Source of the DNA: Owenia fusiformis
Taxonomy: Eukaryota
Direction of reading: 5' to 3'
Assembly: GCA_903813345.2 (NCBI GenBank)
Contig: CAIIXF020000001.1
Coordinates: forward strand, 26,846,001 to 26,910,000
DNA: 64,000 bases
Position 1 is the stretch's first letter, and every line of letters begins with the position of its first letter. The translations under genes and the position numbers were made by a program. Of this stretch, positions 39,296-54,067 are shown in pieces. The notes under the pieces were generated by a model. The model was not told the DNA's origin and ran no database searches. It saw nothing but the letters and a program-made list of their open reading frames with translations.

Positions 39296-40687
39296 TTTTC
39301 CAAATCTATTACAAGAGGAGGACATAACCCAGAATTCATAGATGACATTATCCCATATACAGATGAACCTCTCCAAATATAGGTCGGTTCATCTTTGAAT
39401 TCAGCATTGCTCATTGCCAATAGTCATTAGATATGATGTAATGTGAGGTTTGAACATCATTCCTATGTCTTCTGTCCTGTCCTCATCTTCGCACGCTCGG
39501 TCTTCACTGCGTTCATTCACGGGAGCCGAGTGAATGAAGATATCCTGTCCTTGATATTGGAATGATCCATCCAACTGAGATACTCCTAGCTCTCTGCTTT
39601 CAGGACCTGCTTCAAGATAATAGATGGGTTGCTTTCAGAATAACAATGAAGATGATCCATTACAAGTTAGGAAAAAAGGACATGCAATGCATCAACGTTA
39701 TTCTGTCGAATATGTTGGATTGTAATTGCTCTTGGTGATTTTGCCAGACTTACATCAATGTCCTTAATGTTGCCATATTAGTAACAAATTACAGTTAGGG
39801 AATGTTCAACTTCCCTATTAATTAATCTGTCTAAGCCAGTTTATATTCCCAGCTTGATTTTTGAATGGACTGTTAGAAGTACAGAATCTTGAATAGAATG
39901 GCATTTGGAAATGACATCTACTTTATTGTTGCCTTTAAAAGAGACATATAGCCTTATAACTATCCTTCGATGTGTACTTGCATCTATATTTGTGTTTGAA
40001 CTCTTGTGGCTTGATTTATTGACCATAACAATAGATTGACTGCCAAGTCATGAGGCATCTATGATTTATAATATGTCCTGATACAATCAAATTTTCTACC
40101 AGATCTGCATACTGATGCGTCTTAATCTATCTGCCAATATTCCTGCTTTCAAGATTAAACTTGAACAGTTTATTAAGAAAAGGAAGTGACTTGTCATAGC
40201 GACCAACTTTAAGATTCTAGCTCTTATTAGGTAAAAGAAACCAGAGCCTGAAAAATAAGGGGATAGGAAAAAGTTTAGGGTTTAGGTTTGAAAATAAATT
40301 TGTTATTCAGACCTCATAGGATAAATAGATAAGTTTCACTCCTGTTATTTTAAGGAAAATCTTAGTTATATTTAAAAATTAACCTCCCCATTTCTAGCTA
40401 GTTTTGTATATAGTGTTAACTCACTGACACTCCAACTCTGGTGTCTAATAGAATACTCAACCTTTAACACTCTAGTGTTTATTGCATTAAAAACTTATTC
40501 CCTGTTCAGTAAAAAGAATGCTTCAATTACTCAAAGGGACTCGCTTAACTTGAGTAGCTCTCCAATGAGTGTCTGCCTCTCAAGTGGCCATGGAGTGAAT
40601 TTGGAATTCTACCCCTAATAAATTCCACATAACTAAGTGGAAAACGCTTGGTTCCACTAAAAAGTTTTCCACTTAATAAGCTTTGTA

Positions 40688-41027
40688 CAGTAAAACCTGT
40701 CACATCCAGATCCCATCGGAACCAGCTTAAAGCGTTCGGATTAGGAGGTGTTCAAATTTCGAAATTTTTGCATTCGCAAGATTTTGAATTTTGAGCAAAT
40801 TTGAATACATTCTCTATGAATAGCTTCATGGCATTCCAACAATTTGAAAATCTAATTCAAATGAATTTATTAGGTTTTTCAAATACGACTATTCACTTTT
40901 CAAATTAGGAGATGTTCATATTTCAAGGTTTCATGGTAGTCAATGATGAAAAAAATGTGACCGAAAAAAGTGTTCAGATTGGGAGGTGTTTGGATTGACC
41001 AGCTGTTCGGATATACAGGTTTTACTG
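40688..41027. mobile_element. Tc1/pogo-type MITE
   Basis: TA|CAGTAAAACCTGT ... ACAGGTTTTACTG|TA. Confidence 0.8.
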
Positions 41028-44000
41028 TACTTATCCATTAGATTGTAATTTTAAGATGTTTTGTTTTGTTTTTGTTGTTGTCCAAATATGTCATTGTAGA
41101 TTGTTTGATCACTTAACTCTAAAAGCTATCCTGCTCCTATAATTAAAACTAACACTAAAAGCTATCCTCTTTCAATAATTAAAACAAACACTAAAAGGTA
41201 TCCTGTTCCAATAATTAAACTAAGCATTTGTTCCTGTAGATAGGTTCTGCTGGAATTAGAATAAATGTGAATTATTTATAACTAAATGCATTTCCTTTTT
41301 GTCATTCAATAGTACCACTTACTCAGTATTAGAATACTTATTAAAAGGAATGAAAACAAGACTTAATTGCTTATTCAACTGGAAGTGATTCATTATTTGC
41401 AAGCTACCATGTTTTTCTGAATTTACTGATTTCTTTTATTACCAGACTATTATAGTTAAAACACATGAAGAGCAACATTTTGCGCAAACAAAAAATTCAG
41501 GACAAAACTTCCAATCCAAGAAGAAATTTAATTTTGTTGTTTTGGGAACAAGAAGTTTTCTTTATAATTGTTTGATATTTGGAACTTTATAATGTGGTAA
41601 ATAAAGCCTATATGCTTACATAGAGAATGAGATATATCTCACATTGATATTTGATATGAAAGCCACAAAAGCAGTTCTTCATTTTCCATTGAGACAGCTA
41701 AGCTTATAAGCACATCTATATTTGGAATCATGTGGAATTTAGATTGCATTATGCTCAGAGAACAATTTATTATTGAAGCAGCATATGATTTGCCAGTTTG
41801 CAGTTTTCATTTCTGTATTTTCTATCATTCTCAATCGCGCAGTTGAGTATTGGATGTCGAATTAGCCTGTACTTTAACATATTATGTTTCATCGTGATTA
41901 ACTCGATGGCTGGGTTATGGTCCAAGTGAAAGAACACAATTAAGATGTTCTCATGGCAAACATGAATTTCTTCAGTTTAATCTTGTACTTACTCTGGTAT
42001 TCAAATTTGAATTTGTGCACTCACGCTCAGTTTTTATTCAAGTACTTCATTACATTTGTATCTTTGCACAAAAATATGGTATCCAGTTAATATTAATCCA
42101 GTTATATATTCATGCTTTCAAATTATGCACATTCATGCTGAAGTTCTATGTTGTATTTATTTCTTTATATCTGAATAGCCCCCCCCCCTTCCAGAAAGAT
42201 ATAGATGTAGAGTACCACTCTTCCACACTGAAATGAGAAAATTAATTTCTTCTGATTTATTACCAGTATATCCTATGTATTATGGTATTAACAATATAAT
42301 ATTATTCCAAGTTTGATGTAGCCATTAAGAGAATTCAATAAAGGACTTAAGTGTTAAATATAGAATGTTCTAAATGAGATATGAGATGATTCTGAAAGAA
42401 GGGTTTGTCAGTTATGGGAAAGGTGCATGGCAGTATATGGACCTAGCTAGAGGTAGACAGTCAGAATTGTAAACCTGTTCTATAAACTTTGGTTAAGAAG
42501 TCTATTTGGCCTAGACATTTATCATTCAGCCAGGAGACATCATCACTTGACCAAACGTGCCACTTCCTATTAGAAAAGCTTCACTGAAACATTATTTCTC
42601 TTGACACAGTTCTAAATGCTAAGTCTTCTGGGATTTATAGACCTCTTTTATAGCTTGAATATTCTGGTCATAGATTTCAGTAACCATTCAGGGAAATTGA
42701 ACAAATTGTGATTGATGCAACATCGTCAAATTAATCAGATTGGCTCGCTGCTTTTAAGCCATGTTGTTGATTCAGTTTAGACTGTGTCATGAAATGTTAC
42801 TCAGGCGGCCATTCATCTTTAGTAATCTTTACAAAAATCTTGACTTCTTTGTCAACCATGTAGACCAGAAAGAAATCTGAAATATATCCAAAGAGAAAAC
42901 TTACTTTGTAAAGAATTCTAAGATGAAGAACAGAATTTCAAAAATACAACCAAGTATTTTAAAGATTCTTATGCATTCACATTTGTTTAAAATGCATACT
43001 TTAATCTCCAGCACAAACTATTAAGTATATTTATCTGAAAATATTTAAAATGTACCTATCATTAAAAACAATTGAAAAATGAATTGCAATGTATTACCCT
43101 GGAAAATAAATCACAATTGTATAACCCTTGAAAATGGATGCTTTTTGCACTGCTTGAAAAAAGGATCACTGTTGTATTACCCTTAAAATTAAATTCCTAT
43201 ATTGAATTATTAAACCATTGAAAAATTTATCCTTATTGTGTAACCCCCGAGAATGAATTTCTAATATATAAACCATGGAAAATGAATGGTTTTGTATACC
43301 CCCCTACCCATTTAGAATAAATCATAAATGATAATCCTTAAAAATGGATTCCTGTTATGTACCCTTTGAAAATGTATTGCTTTTGTATAATTATAAGGCT
43401 TGGAAAAGAAATTGCCATTTTGTTATAACCCTTAAAAATGAATCACTTTTATGTAACCAACAGTAAGATTGATGGAATGTGGCAGCAGTTTGTCATTGAA
43501 ATATTGAAGCAATCAAAAAGCATCTCAAATCTGTTTTTTATTTTTTGTAAATCCTGTTTGAAATTTATTAGATTATGGAAATATATATTTTTTTAATTTG
43601 ATCTAATGTATTATCTATCCAGCGATTATTTATCAAATACATGTTAATATTAGAGATATCATATACCATGATTGTGTATGTATTTTATGTAATGGGTGTT
43701 TTGTGAGTTATCAAAATTTCCCCCATAATAACCTCAAAATTGCCTCTTATATTAGGCAGTACATTGCTTACCTCTGTCTCTGAATTACTCACTTCAATTA
43801 TCATCCATCTGTTAACAGTGATAAAACCTCATCAGTATGTAAGGTGTAACTTCCCAGTCTCTTTAATACATTCACTTCAATCCACATAACATTCAATTCA
43901 AAGATACAATATGACACAACGGCCTGTTCTTGATTCATTCAAGTGCAAGATCACAAATCGACTTTTAATGTAACCGCCTATTGCATATATTCCGCGACAG

Positions 44001-47000
44001 TACTGTAAATAACGGAAAAAACAAAGTAATAAATGCATATCCCAATTCCCTTAACTGGTTCCTAATAAGCCATTTGCGTGGGAGTTATGCCGCATCTATG
44101 ATCTCGTATAAAATTCCTCTTACACCCACCCATTAATGACATTACGTCTATTGATTTTTCCCATACCATAATCCACTACATATGACACTAAACCTTTTTG
44201 ATATTTGATAATCAAAATCATTCGCAATGAATCGCAGAATTCTAATTCGCAAACAGACCATGGTTCATTGCCTATAGTCTGATGTCAGTCAGACAAGGAT
44301 GTGAACTGACAATTTAATTTAACTCTACTTGTTATTTTGACACTTTATGTTATATTGACATCCTTCATCATTGATTCTGGTTTATGAGCACTATATGCAT
44401 GCTATATTGGATTGTGGATTGTCGGCAGTTCTGTGGTCTGTAACAAGTAGTTACACTTTTGTAACCATTTGTATGCAATCTGGTTGTAACATTTTATGGT
44501 GTGAACTTTTCAAATGTTGCCCTTTGTGTTATATACCACGCATACTTTGTCCATAATTTGATGGATGGATCTCATTAAATTGTTAGAAGTGTTTCTCAAG
44601 CAAACAGTCAAAAGTGACTTCAATAGAACGTTCCGATAAATCCTGCCACCTTTTGATAGATTTGAAACCTATAATTTACATGTATTGACAAAATTGTAGA
44701 TGTCTTTAGAACTAGGTAGAAATCTGACCATGCAAAAAATTAACTTATGATGGTTTATTTTAGAAATTACAGCCTATGTCATTGAGCTAGCCAATATACC
44801 AAAGTTTCTCTGGAAGGAAAGATTTATCAGAAAGATCAATTTAAAACGGCAGTGGGCAAAGGATATTTTATCAAACATTGTACCAAATGCCATTATCCTT
44901 ATATTACCTTCTACTTTGATAATTGAACAGAAGGGGTGATGTTGAGTGTTATGAAGACAAATTACTTATTAAAACATTATTTCTGGTATTTATAGACGCA
45001 ATATGAGTTCATTTCGTGTGCCTCTGTGAGTTAATGTAATCATCGATCAGTATCATTTTTAAATGTTAATAAGCACCATTGTACCAGTAACGATGGAGTT
45101 TCTTAGCAGGACTTGAAAGTTTAACATGACCGTTTAAACCACCTCTAGTGTACCCTGAACATTCATTCTTTTTTATTTGATTGACAATAGCAACTTTCAT
45201 ATAATTCTTAGTTATAACATGATAGTGATTTAGAATCGATTTGCTTGAATGATTTCTACATGAGCAACTGTTGGATTTTATTTCCAGAATATATTTGTAT
45301 TTCAGAGTCATAATAATTTAAAAACGATTTGCCTGAGATTCATAACTTTAGAAAAGAGATTTACATGATTCTCTAAAACTAGAAAGCAGTTGACTGAATC
45401 CTTGAATCCTGCCTCTTCCCTTCATATGTTCAGGTTATGCCTAATTCTTTATCAATTGACCTGAGGAATTCTCTGTTACGAGTAGGTGTTATAGGATTAG
45501 TATCTTAATCTATCACTCACCTTACCATATGGTCAATATTATCTACTTGTACCAAGTACATGTGTGTTTCCGAAAATAACTTAACATCTGATTTTGTTCT
45601 TTCCTCTCTAGTAGTTTTTCAAGGTACATTAGGAGCAAATTACAACAAATGTGAGAATTGATTTGATGCTTCCAAGCAGGTTTTGTATTGAAAGGTGGAA
45701 TATGCCATAAAGGGAGTAAAGAAATTGATGGAAACACCAAATGTATTTCTATCATTCAAATATCATATAAAAATTTAGTGTTTGGCCTGAAAAAATGAAC
45801 ATCTATTGATTTCCCAATATGGGTTTTAATTAATTGTTTTGTTAAGTTAATGAAACAAGATGACAAAAATGATATAATGCGCAGTAAAATCCCAGCTGTG
45901 CATTTGCAAAATAGAATATAATATTAAATCTTTTTGAAATAAAATGTATAATGGAAACTGTTAAAATTCCACAAAGCTAAAGTAAAAAAATATGATGCAC
46001 AAATAACATCATTTAAACAGCACAGAATGATGGAGTGAACCTCTCCTAATCAAATACACTAATATCATGTATCACTATATTTTTTTTTTTATCTTACCAT
46101 ACTTACCAGCTTTCATTCACCAGTTCATGTCTTTATAACATATTGTCCTTTATATTTGTAGATTCTAGCAAAGTTCCATCATTGTTTCTGAATGAGATCT
46201 AGGCACACTTATATTTAGAAGACAATCAGGCAAACATGACACATTCTAGTGCAATAGACACTTCAGTTGAAATCCTAGACTGTTCAATTGTTCTGTATGT
46301 AATTTGTTTTTGTGTGAACATAAATCTGCAGGATTCTTGTGAGCTCTTTGCTAAGAAAACAACTTCCAAACAGAGTAGTTCAATTGCTGTATTGGTGCCC
46401 TGCCTCTGGTAACTACTTAGATATTGATGGCTTATAGTCTAATCTTTGTGTTGAAAATGAAGCTCAACTGCCACAACTGATGGTTTAACTCAATCATGTT
46501 TTTCTAGGTAGAACAGATTGATGTAGTTTTTTCTATTGATGGTGAATCTATTTGATAATTGGTTTTTCAGAATTTTCCTGTTTTAATGTCTTAGATTTTC
46601 ATCATAGCATGTGTTTTGATCTTGGTTGCATTATTTATTTTTATACCCGTGGTGTATGATGTTAGTTAGTGAAGATGCTATCTAAAATAGGTTGTTTCAA
46701 CTGCTTAATCCGCAGTTGTATCTATTCAGAATGTGTTTTCAATGAGATTTCCAAGCTATGTAACAAAGGCTCTTTTGAAATCTTCCTGTCCAATTAGATG
46801 ATTTAATGTCAAATGATTTTTATTGGTATTATCACTATGTCCACTTTTAGTTCTCAGATTCATGAAGTCTTAATGTTTACTTGTTAGTGTTTAGTAGTTA
46901 TGCCATATTTTGGTATGATCAATATGGTCTACTTATTTATGACTTACAGTTATAATTTCTTTTAATGTTTACAATCTTGCTTTTTTCAAAAGCTTGATAT

Positions 47001-47369
47001 CACGAACTTATTATGTCCTCAAGCTGAACATTCATCAAATATAGAAAGAGCCATATTCTGTCAAATAATTTCTAGACGGCACTTGTCAGGTCATTTCAAA
47101 AACAATTTCACGAATAACAAAAGAAGCGCTGAGTATCGAGGCAGATACTTGATGCAATTTCCATGTCAAAATGTTTGCTTTTCATTTAGCTGAATACACC
47201 TTATCAAATCACATTTATTGACTGCAGTTCATCGGCAGTTTTATTGCTATAATTTCTTTACTGTTACAGTAATAATCAAATCCACTTGTGAAGTTCTGAT
47301 TTTCATCATTTACATAGGAGGTACTTAACGGGGTGTCTACAAAACAAAGACCTAAGACCTAAGACCTAC

Positions 47370-48295
47370 AAAACTAAGACCCCCCACGTTATAAAACTAA
47401 GACCCTGTTATAAAACTAAGACCCCCCATGTAATAAAACTAAGACCCTGTTATAAAACTAAGACCCCCCACGTTATAAAACTAAGACCCTGTTATAAAAC
47501 TAAGACCCCCCCACATTATAAAACTAAGACCCTGTTATAAAACTAAGACCCCCCACGTTATAAAACTAAGACCCTGTTATAAAACTAAGACCCCCCACGT
47601 AATAGAACTAAGACCCTGTTATAAAACTAAGACCCCCCACGTTATAAAACTAAGACCCTGTTATAAAACTAAGTCCCCCATGTTATAAAACTAAGACCCT
47701 GTTATAAAACTAAGACCCCCCACGTTATAGAACTAAGACCCTGTTATAAAACTAAGACCCCCACGTTATAAAACTAAGACCCTGTTATAAAACCAAGACC
47801 CCCCACGTTAAAAAACTAAGACCCTGTTATAAAACTAAGACCCCCCACGTTATAAAACTAAGACCCTGTTATAAAACTAAGACCCCCCACGTTGTAAAAC
47901 TAAGACCCTGTTATAAAACTAAGACCCTCCACGTTATAAAACTAAGACCCTGTTATAAAACTAAGACCTCCCACGTTATAAAACTAAGACCCTGTTATAA
48001 AACTAAGACCACCCACGTTATAAAACTAAGACCCTGTTATAAAACTAAGACCCCCGCGTTATAAAACTAAGACCCTGTTATAAAACTAAGACCCCCCACG
48101 TTATAAAACTAAGACCCTGTTATAAAACTAAGACCCCCCACGTTATAAAACTAAGACCCCCCACGTTATAAAACTAAGACCCCCCACGTTATAAAACTAA
48201 GACCCTGTTATAAAACTAAGACCCCCCACGTTATAAAACTAAGACCCTGTTATAAAACTAAGACCCCCCATGTTATAAAACTAAGACCCTGTTAT
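47370..48295 (+). repeat. 42-bp tandem array (23+19 bp subunits), left arm
   Basis: TTATAAAACTAAGACCCCCCACG alternating with TTATAAAACTAAGACCCTG. Confidence 0.95.
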
Positions 48296-48695
48296 AAGAA
48301 TCAGTCATCGTGCCTTGCTCTGCTCGCCACAAGGTAGTCTTGCCTCTGGGCCTTGTGTTCCCTAGTAACATACAGATTCTACAAAAGATAGTCGTGCTTC
48401 TGGTCCTTGTGTTCCCTTCTAATGTACAGATTCTCCCCACTAACATAAAGATTCTACAAAAGGTAGTCTTGCTTCTGGTCCTTGTGTTCCCTTCTAATAT
48501 ACAGATTCTCCCCACTAACATAAAGATTCTACAAAAGGTAGTCTTGCTTCTGGTCCTTGTGTTCCCTTCTAATATACAGATTCTCCCCACTAACATAAAG
48601 ATTCTACACATGGTAGTCTTGCCTCTGGCCCTTGTTTACCCTAGTAACATACACATATGGTAGTCTTGCCACTGGCCCTTGTTTTCCCCAGTAAC

Positions 48696-49289
48696 ATGGT
48701 GGTTCAAGATTTCAGACCCATCTTTCTCACATATATTGCTGAACTTATTTTAGTTAAGAATTCCTAATAGAATTAAGAATTAATAGCTGAAACTGTTCTG
48801 TTTGTCCTAGCAAACAATATCCCAATATGCATTTGAAATTCATTTTTGTCTATATGTGTTGACAGTCTGTGATGTCATCATCAATCATCACAATGGGAAT
48901 TAGGTGAATTCTATCTGTGACAGTGAGATTATCTATGATGTCACATAGTAGTTTGATTTCTAAGAAATGTGGCAGAGTTCTATCTATGACAGAGATGCTT
49001 TGTGATGTCATCATGAATTATCTCGTTTCCATTGTGATGATTGATGATGTCATCAGAGTACTTTGTGATGTCATCGTGAATTACCTCATTTCTATTGTGA
49101 TGATTGATGATGACATCACAGACTGTCAACAAATAGACAGAAGAAGTTGAACTACAAGTTGGAAAATTGTTTGCTAGGGCAAAACAACTCCGTTTCAGCT
49201 AATAATTCTTAATTCTATTAGGAATTCTTAACTAACAATGGTTCAGCAATCTGTGCCAGAATGATGGGTCTTAAATCTTGAACTACCAT
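48696..49289. mobile_element. Near-fully palindromic MITE nested in the foldback element
   Basis: ATGGTGGTTCAAGATTTCAGACCCATC vs GATGGGTCTTAAATCTTGAACTACCAT; inverted similarity continues inward for more than 200 bp. Confidence 0.75.
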
Positions 49290-49604
49290 TAAACATCACT
49301 TCCAAAACAATACCAGCATAAAATGGAGTATCTCTTTTTATGCTCAGCATAAAATGGGACATCACTTTTTATGCCAGCATAAAATGGGATATCACTTTTT
49401 ATGCCAGCATAAAATGGGACATCACTTTTTATGCCGGGCATAAAAAGTGATATCAAAAAATTACTTTTTTTAAAAATCAACAAATCCGGGTATTTGTTAC
49501 AGTCCATTTTTATATAATCCGCTGTTGTATGTTACTGGGGAACACAAGGCCCAGAGGCAAGACTACCTTGTGGCGAGCAGAGCAAGGCACGGTGACTGAT
49601 TCTT

Positions 49605-51690
49605 ATAGCAGGGTCTTAGTTTTATAACGTGGGAGGTCTTAGTTTTATAACAGGGTCTTAGTTTTATAACGTGGGGGGTCTTAGTTTTATAACAGGGTCT
49701 TAGTTTTATAACGTGGAGGGTCTTAGTTTTATAACAGGGTCTTAGTTTTATTACGTGGGGGGTCTTAGTTTTATAACAGGGTCTTAGTTTTATAACGTGG
49801 GGGGTCTTAGTTTTATAACAGGGTCTTAGTTTTATAACGTGGGGGGTCTTAGTTTTATAACAGGGTCTTAGTTTTATAACGTGGGTGGTCTTAGTTTTAT
49901 AACAGGGTCTTAGTTTTATAACGTGGGGGGTCTTAGTTTTATAACAGGGTCTTAGTTTTATAACGTGGGGGGTCTTAGTTTTATAACAGGGTCTTAGTTT
50001 TATTACGTGGGGGGTCTTAGTTTTATAACAGGGTCTTAGTTTTATAACGTGGGAGGTCTTAGTTTTATAACAGGGTCTTAGTTTTATAACGTGGGGGGTC
50101 TTAGTTTTATAACAGGGTCTTAGTTTTATAACGTGGGGGGTCTTAGTTTTATAACAGGGTCTTAGTTTTATAACGTGGGGGGTCTTAGTTTTATAACGTG
50201 GGGGGTCTTAGTTTTATTACGTTGGGGGTCTTAGTTTTATAACAGGGTCTTAGTTTTATAACGTGGGGGTCTTAGTTTTATAACAGGGTCTTAGTTTTAT
50301 AACGTGGGGGTCTTAGTTTTATAACAGGGTCTTAGTTTTACAACGTGGGTGGTCTTAGTTTTATAACAGGGTCTTAGTTTTATAATGTGGGGGGTCTTAG
50401 TTTTATAACAGGGTCTTAGTTTTATAACGTGGGGGGTCTTAGTTTTATAACAGGGTCTTAGTTTTATTACGTGGGGGGTCTTAGTTTTATAACGCGGGAG
50501 GTCTTAGTTTTATAACAGGGTCTTAGTTTTATAACGTGGGGGGTCTTAGTTTTATAACAGGGTCTTAGTTTTATAACGTGGGGGTCTTAGTTTTATAACA
50601 GGGTCTTAGTTTTATAATGTGGGGGGTCTTAGTTTTATAACAGGGTCTTAGTTTTATTACATGGGGGGTCTTAGTTTTATAACAGGGTCTTAGTTTTATA
50701 ACGTGGGGGGTCTTAGTTTTATAACAGGGTCTTAGTTTTATAACGTGGGTGGTCTTAGTTTTATAACAGGGTCTTAGTTTTATAACGTGGGTGGTCTTAG
50801 TTTTATAACAGGGTCTTAGTTTTATAACGTGGGGGGTCTTAGTTTTATAACAGGGTCTTAGTTTTATTACGTGGGGGGGTCTTAGTTTTATAACAGGGTC
50901 TTAGTTGTATAACGTGGGAGGTCTTAGTTTTATAACAGGGTCTTAGTTTTATAACGTGGGGGGTCTTAGTTTTATAACAGGGTCTTAGTTTTATAATGTG
51001 GGGGGTCTTAGTTTTATAACAGGGTCTTAGTTTTATTACGTGGGGGGTCTTAGTTTTATAACAGGGTCTTAGTTTTATAACGTGGGGGGTCTTAGTTTTA
51101 TAACATGGTCTTAGTTTTATAACGTGGGGGGTCTTAGTTTTATAACAGGCTCTTAGTTTTATAACGTAGGGGGTCTTAGTTTTATAACAGGGTCTTAGTT
51201 TTATCACATGGGGGTCTTAGTTTTATAACAGGGTCTTAGTTTTATAACGTGGGGGGTCTTAGTTTTATAACAGGGTCTTAGTTTTATTACGTGGGGGGTC
51301 TTAGTTTTATAACAGGGTCTTAGTTTTATAACGTGGGAGGTCTTAGTTTTATAACAGGGTCTTAGTTTTATAACGTGGGGGGTCTTAGTTTTATAACAGG
51401 GTCTTAGTTGTATAATGTGGGGGGTCTTAGTTTTATAACAGGGTCTTAGTTTTATTACGTTGGGGGTCTTAGTTTTATAACAGGGTCTTAGTTTTATAAC
51501 GTGGGGGGTCTTAGTTTTATAACAGGGTCTTAGTTTTATAACGTGGGGGGTCTTAGTTTTATAACAGGGTCTTAGTTTTATAACGTAGGGGGTCTTAGTT
51601 TTATAACAGGGTCTTAGTTTTATTACATGGGGGGTCTTAGTTTTATAACAGGGTCTTAGTTTTATAACGTGGGGGGTCTTAGTTTTGTAG
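49605..51690 (-). repeat. 42-bp tandem array, right arm (inverted)
   Basis: Reverse complement of the left array and roughly twice as long. Confidence 0.95.
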
Positions 51691-52004
51691 GTCTTAGGTC
51701 TTAGGTCTTTGTTTTGTAGACACCCGTACTTAACGTCTATTAATTGCATTAATGAAGAAAGCATGCATTAATGAAAAACGAAGGTTATTGTGTACCAAGT
51801 CATGAATCATCATGTTGTCAATGAATAATGCACACTGTATTGCACTTGATAACATGTATTGCACTTGATAACATTATTATCACATTGAATAAAAATTCGA
51901 TATTAAGCCAATGTGACCCAGCATGCAACCAAAAAATGTTCTTGATTTTTACTCATTGAGTTAACCATAAAAAAAATTGCGGGCAAAGTCTGTACTCTCC
52001 CTTT

Positions 52005-52186
52005 GAATATTCGCTTTTCTTATTTTTTTCTAAAGTAGGAGACTCTTAATGCAGTCATAATTTAGGAAATCATGTTGCCAAAAATCAGTGCACAGTATTC
52101 ATGGTGTTGTTGTAAAATTGCGTATATGTCGTTAATGACTGCATTATGAGTCTCCTACTTTAGAAAAAAATAAGAAAAGTGAATAT
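52005..52186. repeat. Inverted repeat of about 55 bp (MITE-like)
   Basis: CTTTTCTTATTTTTTTCTAAAGTAGGAGACTCTTAATGCAGTCAT is mirrored at 52135-52180. Confidence 0.7.
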
Positions 52187-53288
52187 CGTAAAGTGTGATA
52201 CAAGATAATCACTAGTGTTTAATATAAAAACAAGAATTGTCAAAAAAATAGAGTTCTAAGATCTTAGTTTTATATAAAACAAAATTTACAAAGGGGAGAA
52301 TGAGAAGGTGCATTCTTAAGTAATAATATATTCCTTCCATTCTTCCATTCTTCTTATCTGCCGTTTGCCATTCACTTTGGAAGGATTAAGACAAAGGGGG
52401 CGCAGCTATTGCGATGAAAGACAAAGGGGGCGTGGCTATCGCGATGTTTTCCTTCACATGTACTGATTTGCTTGGAGAATGCGCTGACTGGGAACATGTT
52501 TTCTCTTATACTCTCACAAGCTTCAGATAAAGAGAGACTCTGATAAATCAGAAAGATGTAATGATAAATCAATGGACTACCATAATCGCTTATATGCCTT
52601 ATTAAGTTTCTCCCGCAAATGATAGTCAAATGATAATTTGAGGTATAGAAAATCCTAAGATAGATGTTTACAAGTTTCAAGGTCATTTGTGACACTATTT
52701 ATCAATTAATTGCTCTGGCTCTTTCAGCTTACCATCATTGTTATTTGTTATTTTACCTATTTATTATTTGGATGCAGTAGAAATTTCTGATCGATTCACA
52801 TTCCACTAGGCTCTTAATTGCAATCCATTGTGTTACCATAACAGTTACGTATAATGGATCTAATCCCGCATGGCCTGAAAAGTGATGGAATTTGGAACGG
52901 AATGTGAATCTTTTACAGCGAGAAATATATTTCAAAGAATGATTTATTGAAATGAAATCCAAATGCTTCAATATTTCTGGTTCAATTGCCTAGATAAGAT
53001 TACATTTACTTTTCACATAAACTAATGGATCAAATAAATGAAATTACTTCTACAAAAATAGAAATCTCATTCTATTTAACAAATTGAGATTGTATTTCGC
53101 AAATTGAAATTTCTATTTTGGTAAAGATCTGTGTCTATCTTAAAAATAGTTCCTTGTAAACGAGGTTAATGTGTTCACAAGGCAAATAAATGTCTGTTAA
53201 GTAATGGGTTCATTGGTATTGGCTATTTATCAAAGTGTGTCCACTTTTAACCCCTTGTTGGAAATTCTAACCCTTCTTTGTCATTTAG

Positions 53289-53415
53289 GCCTCTGACGCT
53301 ATGGATCAAGGGAGATGGGTTGGTCTACTTATCAAGGAAACCAAATGTGCTGACAGAGACTATAGCTATGCAGATTCCAGTTTCTCTAAAACACATAATA
53401 CCACACCAGGAGATG
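53289..53415 (+). CDS. AFAP1: AFAP1-like exon 11 (end of PH2)
   Basis: ASDAMDQGRWVGLLIKET completes the PH2 C-terminal helix in phase 0 after a 27.9-kb intron. Confidence 0.85.
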
Positions 53416-54067
53416 GTATGTATTTAAATATATTGAGTGATATGCAGTGGTCAATACTTCTCATAACACTTTTTATTCATCATAAAGATAAAAACATCCC
53501 GACTATAAAATTCAAATCCTTTTGAACTCCGACAACAAAGCTAATATAATGAACTGTTTACTGTGTTTGTTGTAATTACATACTATTATTTGGGAGCATC
53601 GGGAACCTTGATTTCTCTTAAATAATGCACTTGTATTGATGCATCAACTCTAAGTGATGATCATTACAGAGGACATTGTAATTCATCATTGTTTCGTTGT
53701 CTTGTGTTGCCAGTTCGATCCAGCCAGGAAATTATAGCATGTAATATGTCATCAAGTAAAGGTTGCATTGGCTATATTTTGAGATGATGAGACTTGGATA
53801 AAATATTTTCCTTTGCAATTCTAATCAATACCATTATCACATCAGATAGTACCATGTCACTTTGTCAGACCAATACCATATAATATTCCCTCAATACTAA
53901 TACCATACCAGGTCAATGCTATTCAAATACCCTGTTATACCAATATTCCATCAATGCTAAACAAATACCCTGTCATACCAATACCATATCATATCAATGC
54001 TATAACAATGCATTAACATGACAAAACTTCACCACCTGGTGCTCACAATATTATGAGTTCAATCCTA

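Larger units (their letters stand above)
47331..51725. mobile_element. Foldback/Mutator-like non-autonomous DNA transposon with satellite arms
   Basis: Termini GGGTGTCTACAAAAC / GTTTTGTAGACACCC; 10-bp TSD GTACTTAACG (47321-47330, 51726-51735); inverted arms of 42-bp repeats. Confidence 0.9.

Noticed and set aside
39310-40200. Possible decayed retroelement coding sequence
   Set aside because: Composition is suggestive, but I found no recognisable motif or sustained frame.
47370-51690. CRISPR-like array
   Set aside because: No unique spacers; eukaryotic context; the arrays are transposon arms.
50845-51764. ORFs of repeated KTKTPHVIKLRPCY
   Set aside because: Translation of the 42-bp satellite, whose unit length is a multiple of 3; no evidence of coding.
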